DNA of 64,000 nucleotides from Candidatus Multivoradales bacterium (GTDB lineage Bacteria; Acidobacteriota; Thermoanaerobaculia; Multivoradales; J023): NCBI GenBank assembly GCA_965248925.1, contig CBDFLE010000006.1, positions 4,704,001 to 4,768,000 of the forward strand, read 5' to 3'. Shown piece by piece: positions 59,825 to 64,000 of this stretch (position 1 is its first letter; each line of letters starts with the position of its first letter). The notes under the pieces were generated by a model. It saw only the letters and a program-made list of their open reading frames with translations, ran no database searches and was not told where the DNA came from. The position numbers and the translations under genes were made by a program.

Positions 59825-60477
59825 GCAAGCAGCGGCAACCCTCCGCTGGTGACCGGCCAGCGGCTGAGAAGTCGCTCGAAGCGGTGGCTGAGAAGGCCGC
59901 TGGCGAGCGCTCGCAGGGCAAGATTACCCTGCCCTCCTCAGGCTTGGCGGAAGAAATCCTGGAACTGCTCGAGCAGCAGCAAGCCCGTGCCGCGGCGGCG
60001 GAAGAAGTCAGCATGGCATGGGTGGCTTTCGGCTTGGGTGGCACTTCGTTCGCGCTGCCGGTTGAGAGCGTGCGAGAGGTGGTTCGCATCGAATCCATCA
60101 CGCGCGTGCCCCACACCGCCCAGGCGGTGGCCGGCCTGACGACGGTGTGGGGGCAGCCTGTACCGGTGATCGACCTGCGGCGGCGGATCGGCATCGAGGC
60201 GAGTGCCCTCGACTCTGACAGCCGTCTTTTGGTCACCAGTGGAAATCGCCCGCTAGGCTTGTTGGTGGACCGAGTGGAACAAGTTTTTCGAGTTTTGCCG
60301 AGTCGGGTGGCACCGACGCCAAGGGAGCTGCCGGGCACTGCCGGCGAGTTGGCCACGGGATCGTTTGATCCCGGGTCACGGCGTTCAGTGCTGCTCGACC
60401 TCGCTTCTATTTTGCGCTTCCAACGGACGACCGCGGGGCCAGGGAATGCCGCTGCCAGATCCCAGGAAGCATCGTGA
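59821..60477 (+). CDS. cheW: Chemotaxis coupling protein
   Basis: FALPVESVREV, ITRVP, VPVIDL, GLLVD. Confidence 0.9.
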   Translation: MSKQRQPSAGDRPAAEKSLEAVAEKAAGERSQGKITLPSSGLAEEILELLEQQQARAAAAEEVSMAWVAFGLGGTSFALPVESVREVVRIESITRVPHTAQAVAGLTTVWGQPVPVIDLRRRIGIEASALDSDSRLLVTSGNRPLGLLVDRVEQVFRVLPSRVAPTPRELPGTAGELATGSFDPGSRRSVLLDLASILRFQRTTAGPGNAAARSQEAS

Positions 60478-60487
60478 GGAGAAGATC

Positions 60488-60946
60488 ATGACCAAGACGA
60501 CGCGAACGATTCTGCTGGCCGGCGCCGCGATTCTGCTGGCGATGCTGACCGCCGGTTTGTTGTGTGCCGAGAACGAGGACTCGTTCCAAGTCATCGTCCA
60601 TGTGGACAACCCCACTCCGTCGATGAGCCGGGCCGAGGTGTCGCGCTTGCTGCTGAAGAAAGTGTCGCGCTGGAGCTTCGGCACCAAACCCTCTGCCCAT
60701 CCGGTGGATCAAGCCCAGGGGACAGCGATACGTGAAGCATTCTCACTGAAGATCCACAAGCGGAAGTCTTCGGCGGTGCGCTCTTACTGGCAGCAACGGA
60801 TCTTCTCCGGCCGTGGCGTGCCGCCACCCGAGGCGTCTAGTGACGCAGAGGTGGTGGAGTTTGTCCGTGACGACCTGGGGGGGATCGGATATGTCTCCAA
60901 AGCAGCAGTTTTGGAGGGTGTCAAGACCCTCAAAGTTACCGATTAA
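60488..60946 (+). CDS. Small periplasmic single-domain PBP-like protein
   Basis: Signal peptide; VIVH..N, YWQQRIFSGRG.PP, VVEFV...GGIGYV. Confidence 0.75.
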   Translation: MTKTTRTILLAGAAILLAMLTAGLLCAENEDSFQVIVHVDNPTPSMSRAEVSRLLLKKVSRWSFGTKPSAHPVDQAQGTAIREAFSLKIHKRKSSAVRSYWQQRIFSGRGVPPPEASSDAEVVEFVRDDLGGIGYVSKAAVLEGVKTLKVTD

Positions 60947-60955
60947 GGCAAGGCG

Positions 60956-62953
60956 ATGTTGAATCTCAAACTACGAACCAAGATTCTGTTGATTCCGATC
61001 TGGGCGACCGTGGCCTTGCTGGTCATCCTGGGTCTCACTTTCCAAGCTCGCCGGAGTAGCGAAGTGCTGGTGGACGAAGTCGAGCTGGCTCGCGATCTGG
61101 AAGAGAAGTTCGTCGAGCTGGGGCGTCAGCTGCAAGATGCTTCCTCGGCGTTCGACCCCGATCTGCTGGGCGATGCTGACCAGATTCACCACGACTTCCA
61201 ACTTCTCGCCAACGGCAAGCGACTGGCGTCGAATGCCGCCGACCCGGGGTCGAATTCCGCGGCGGAGGGCGAATCACGGGCGTTATCTCAAGACTTGAAG
61301 CAGCGTCTGCTATCGATCCAGGAGCAGCTCGAAGCCTATTTTCAACTGGCGAGAGGCAACGTGCAGATGGAGATCGATGGCGACGGCGTGCTGGACTTCG
61401 AAGCAGTGCAACAGCAAGTGGAGAGCCAGAATGCGGTGGCACTGTCCCTGAGCAAGCTGGGTGAGGAAACTCGCCGGGCGATGGAGAGTTCCTTCAAGAC
61501 CACTTTGAACACGATTATCGCCTTGTCGATCTTCTTTATCGCCGTGCTGTTCGCTTTGTCGTGGTGGTTGGTGAGATCGATCACCCGGCCTCTTGGACGG
61601 GCAGTGGCGGTCAGTGAACAGGTCGCTCGGGGGGATCTCAGTGCTCAGGTCGAAGGGGCTAACACCGACGACGAGATCGGCCAACTGACCACTGCCAACG
61701 CTCGCATGTTGGCCTATCTGCGAGAGATGGCTGAGGTTGCCGACAGCATGGCGAAGGGTGATCTGACGGTTCTGGTTTCGCCCCGCTCGGAGCAAGACAC
61801 CTTTGGCCACGCCTTGCAGAAGATGGTCGACAACCTCAGCCGAATGATCGGCAATCTGAAGGAAACCGCCGGCCAGGTAGCTTCGTCTTCAGACGAGATC
61901 TCAGCCTCGGCGGCGCAGATCAACAAGGGTGCCGAGAACCAGAGTTCGTCCACCGAGGAGACCTCCTCGACGATGGTCGAGATGGCGGCGCAGATCGACA
62001 GCGTTGCCGGCTCGACCCGCAGTCTGGCCTCCAATGTCGACGAGACCTCGACCTCGATTCATGAGATGGGGGCGTCGATCGAGGAGGTGGCGAAGAATGC
62101 CGGCGTTTTGCTCGATTCGGTGTCCAAGAGCATCGAGACTAGCGAAGAGATGCTGAGTTCCTTCGACGCCATTGCCGCAAATGTTCGCCAGGTCGATCAG
62201 GCTAGCCGAAAAGCGAGTGAGGAAGCCCGTGAGGGCAGCAAGCAGCTGTCGGAAGTGATCAGCGGCATCGGCGCTTCGTCGAAGGACATCGGCAAGATCG
62301 TCCGGATCATCGAAGAGATCGCCGATCAAACTAACCTACTGTCAGTCAACGCGGCCATCGAGGCGGCCCATGCTGGCGAGGCTGGCAAGGGTTTTGCCGT
62401 GGTTGCAGATGAAGTCAAGCGGCTCGCAGAGCGCTCGGTGGGGTCGACCCGTGAGATATCTTCCTTTGTCGAGACGGTGCAGGAAGATACCGCCCGAGCG
62501 GTTTTCCTTTCGCAACGTTTGTTGACCCGGATGGTGGAATCGGTGTCGGGTACCAGCCAATTGGTGGGGGATGTGGCGCGTGCCACGGAAGAGCAGTCGA
62601 GTGGTGCGCGGATTGTTCTTGGCACTTCATCGCAGATGCACCAGATCGCCGAACAGCTGGCCCTGGCGGCCCGCGAGCAGGCCGATGGAGCGCGACAGAT
62701 CCTGCGCTCGGTGGAGTCGATGAACAGCATGACGCAGCAGGTTGCCGACGCCTCGGCCGAGCAGAAACGCGGTGGCGACTTGATCGTCCGGGCGATCGAA
62801 GAGATCGCCCAGGTGGCGCACCAGAATCTGGTCGCTACCGAGCAGCTGTCGCTGGCTACCCAGAGCTTGGCCAGCGACAGCGAGCGCCTGCAAGGGATGT
62901 CTGACGCCTTTTCTATCGCTGGCCAGGGCGCCTCCCGAGAGGTAGGACGATGA
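60956..62953 (+). CDS. Methyl-accepting chemotaxis protein
   Basis: Two TM helices, two HAMP segments, [33 protein letters not shown]. Confidence 0.95.
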   Translation: MLNLKLRTKILLIPIWATVALLVILGLTFQARRSSEVLVDEVELARDLEEKFVELGRQLQDASSAFDPDLLGDADQIHHDFQLLANGKRLASNAADPGSNSAAEGESRALSQDLKQRLLSIQEQLEAYFQLARGNVQMEIDGDGVLDFEAVQQQVESQNAVALSLSKLGEETRRAMESSFKTTLNTIIALSIFFIAVLFALSWWLVRSITRPLGRAVAVSEQVARGDLSAQVEGANTDDEIGQLTTANARMLAYLREMAEVADSMAKGDLTVLVSPRSEQDTFGHALQKMVDNLSRMIGNLKETAGQVASSSDEISASAAQINKGAENQSSSTEETSSTMVEMAAQIDSVAGSTRSLASNVDETSTSIHEMGASIEEVAKNAGVLLDSVSKSIETSEEMLSSFDAIAANVRQVDQASRKASEEAREGSKQLSEVISGIGASSKDIGKIVRIIEEIADQTNLLSVNAAIEAAHAGEAGKGFAVVADEVKRLAERSVGSTREISSFVETVQEDTARAVFLSQRLLTRMVESVSGTSQLVGDVARATEEQSSGARIVLGTSSQMHQIAEQLALAAREQADGARQILRSVESMNSMTQQVADASAEQKRGGDLIVRAIEEIAQVAHQNLVATEQLSLATQSLASDSERLQGMSDAFSIAGQGASREVGR

Positions 62954-64000
62954 GTCGGGGCGACGCGACCTCGGCGTCCGAGCCCTCTTGGGAGGACTGT
63001 CGTCAGCTGCTCGATCGGCTGCCGCAGCTGCCGGTGGAGGAGAGGACAAGCGCTTTCGAGGATCTGGTGCGTAGCTCCAGTTCGGAGATCCGCAGCCAAG
63101 CCCTGCATCTCGGCGGCGCTGTCTTGTCGGATGATCGCTTAGTCGAGTATTTGGCCAACGACGACGATGCTGTTCTCCGCAACGCGGGTCTGGAGATTCT
63201 CAAGATGCGCGGTGGGCGGAGCTTTTCGACCGTCGTGGGTCTGCTCGGCGACGCCAATCCGGAAGTTGCGCTGCAAGCGGTGCTGATTCTCGACCACCTG
63301 AAGGATCCGCGAGCGCTGGAACCTGTCCGCCGGCTACTGTCGCATGCCGATCCGAACGTGCGGTCGGCGGTGATTACCGCCATTGGCCACCTTGGCGATG
63401 CCCGTGCCGTAGGGGATCTAACTCCCTTTATCGAGGGCGACCCGTGGTTGCAAATGTCGGCCATCGAGGCTCTGGGTGACCTGCGCTCGGGCGAGGCTGT
63501 TCCCCATCTCGGTGACTTGCTCACCGATCTGACGGTCGGCCCGATGGTGGCCGAAGCGTTGGCTCGAATCGGTGGTGAGCAAGCCTTTGTCCAGCTTTCC
63601 CGGCATTGGTTGAGTTTCTCCGACGATCTTGATCCTGAAGTCTCTCTGGGTCTCTTGGCCCATGTTCTTGAAGGTTTGGAGAGTCCGCCGTCCGCTTCCG
63701 AGGCGCTGCTCCAGCGGCTCAGCGACTACCTCCCCAGCGAGGCGGCTGGTGGCTCGGCGGCGCGCTGCCTGCTGATCTTTGGCCCGAGTGGGAATGATGG
63801 CCAAGCGCTCGACAACTTGGCGGCGAACTCTGCCGATCTTGCCGCCCTGCCGCCTTGCCTGGCGCATCGGGGTGATTTGATTGGCGAGTTGCTCGGTCGT
63901 GGGGCCGCTTTCTCGGGGTGGGGATTCTTGCTCGCCGCGAGGCAGCCGGAGACGGTGCCAGTAGCAGCATTGGCGGCGGCGGTGGCCGGGGTTGGCGAGG
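62950..64000 (+). CDS. HEAT-repeat protein (runs off window; absent from the ORF track)
   Basis: Own translation: [39 protein letters not shown]; ATG overlaps the MCP stop. Confidence 0.8.
   Translation, partial: MSRGDATSASEPSWEDCRQLLDRLPQLPVEERTSAFEDLVRSSSSEIRSQALHLGGAVLSDDRLVEYLANDDDAVLRNAGLEILKMRGGRSFSTVVGLLGDANPEVALQAVLILDHLKDPRALEPVRRLLSHADPNVRSAVITAIGHLGDARAVGDLTPFIEGDPWLQMSAIEALGDLRSGEAVPHLGDLLTDLTVGPMVAEALARIGGEQAFVQLSRHWLSFSDDLDPEVSLGLLAHVLEGLESPPSASEALLQRLSDYLPSEAAGGSAARCLLIFGPSGNDGQALDNLAANSADLAALPPCLAHRGDLIGELLGRGAAFSGWGFLLAARQPETVPVAALAAAVAGVGE

Overview
A GC-rich bacterial chromosomal window. Gene content suggests Acidobacteriota, possibly Thermoanaerobaculia (inference only). 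Housekeeping blocks are nrdAB with tandem NrdR-like boxes, lhgO, pcnB, sdhCAB, glnA, tnaA and the start of a chemosensory operon. These alternate with accessory and eroding segments: a RelE-type toxin-antitoxin pair and cargo lying between sdhB and a decayed second copy of its 3' end, CHAT/ECF pseudogene scars, a REP-like palindrome pair, a Septu-like ATPase+HNH pair, two head-to-head CRTAC1/ASPIC-UnbV paralogues, and a complete IS66 with an 8-bp target duplication. Most notable: (1) a secreted beta-rich protein ending in 'PVELMSFSID', with a structured leader, flanked by two PpiC-type foldases, a Thr-nucleophile sulfatase-TPR protein and a 17-bp tandem array, a candidate surface-protein maturation or sorting system; (2) an NrdB with the class Ic (Mn/Fe, Tyr->Phe) signature; (3) an IS66-split matrixin-like protease fused to an FrpC self-processing-module-like domain carrying Ser-Pro instead of Asp-Pro. 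No rRNA, tRNA or CRISPR array was seen. All family calls come from motif recognition by eye; no database searches were run.
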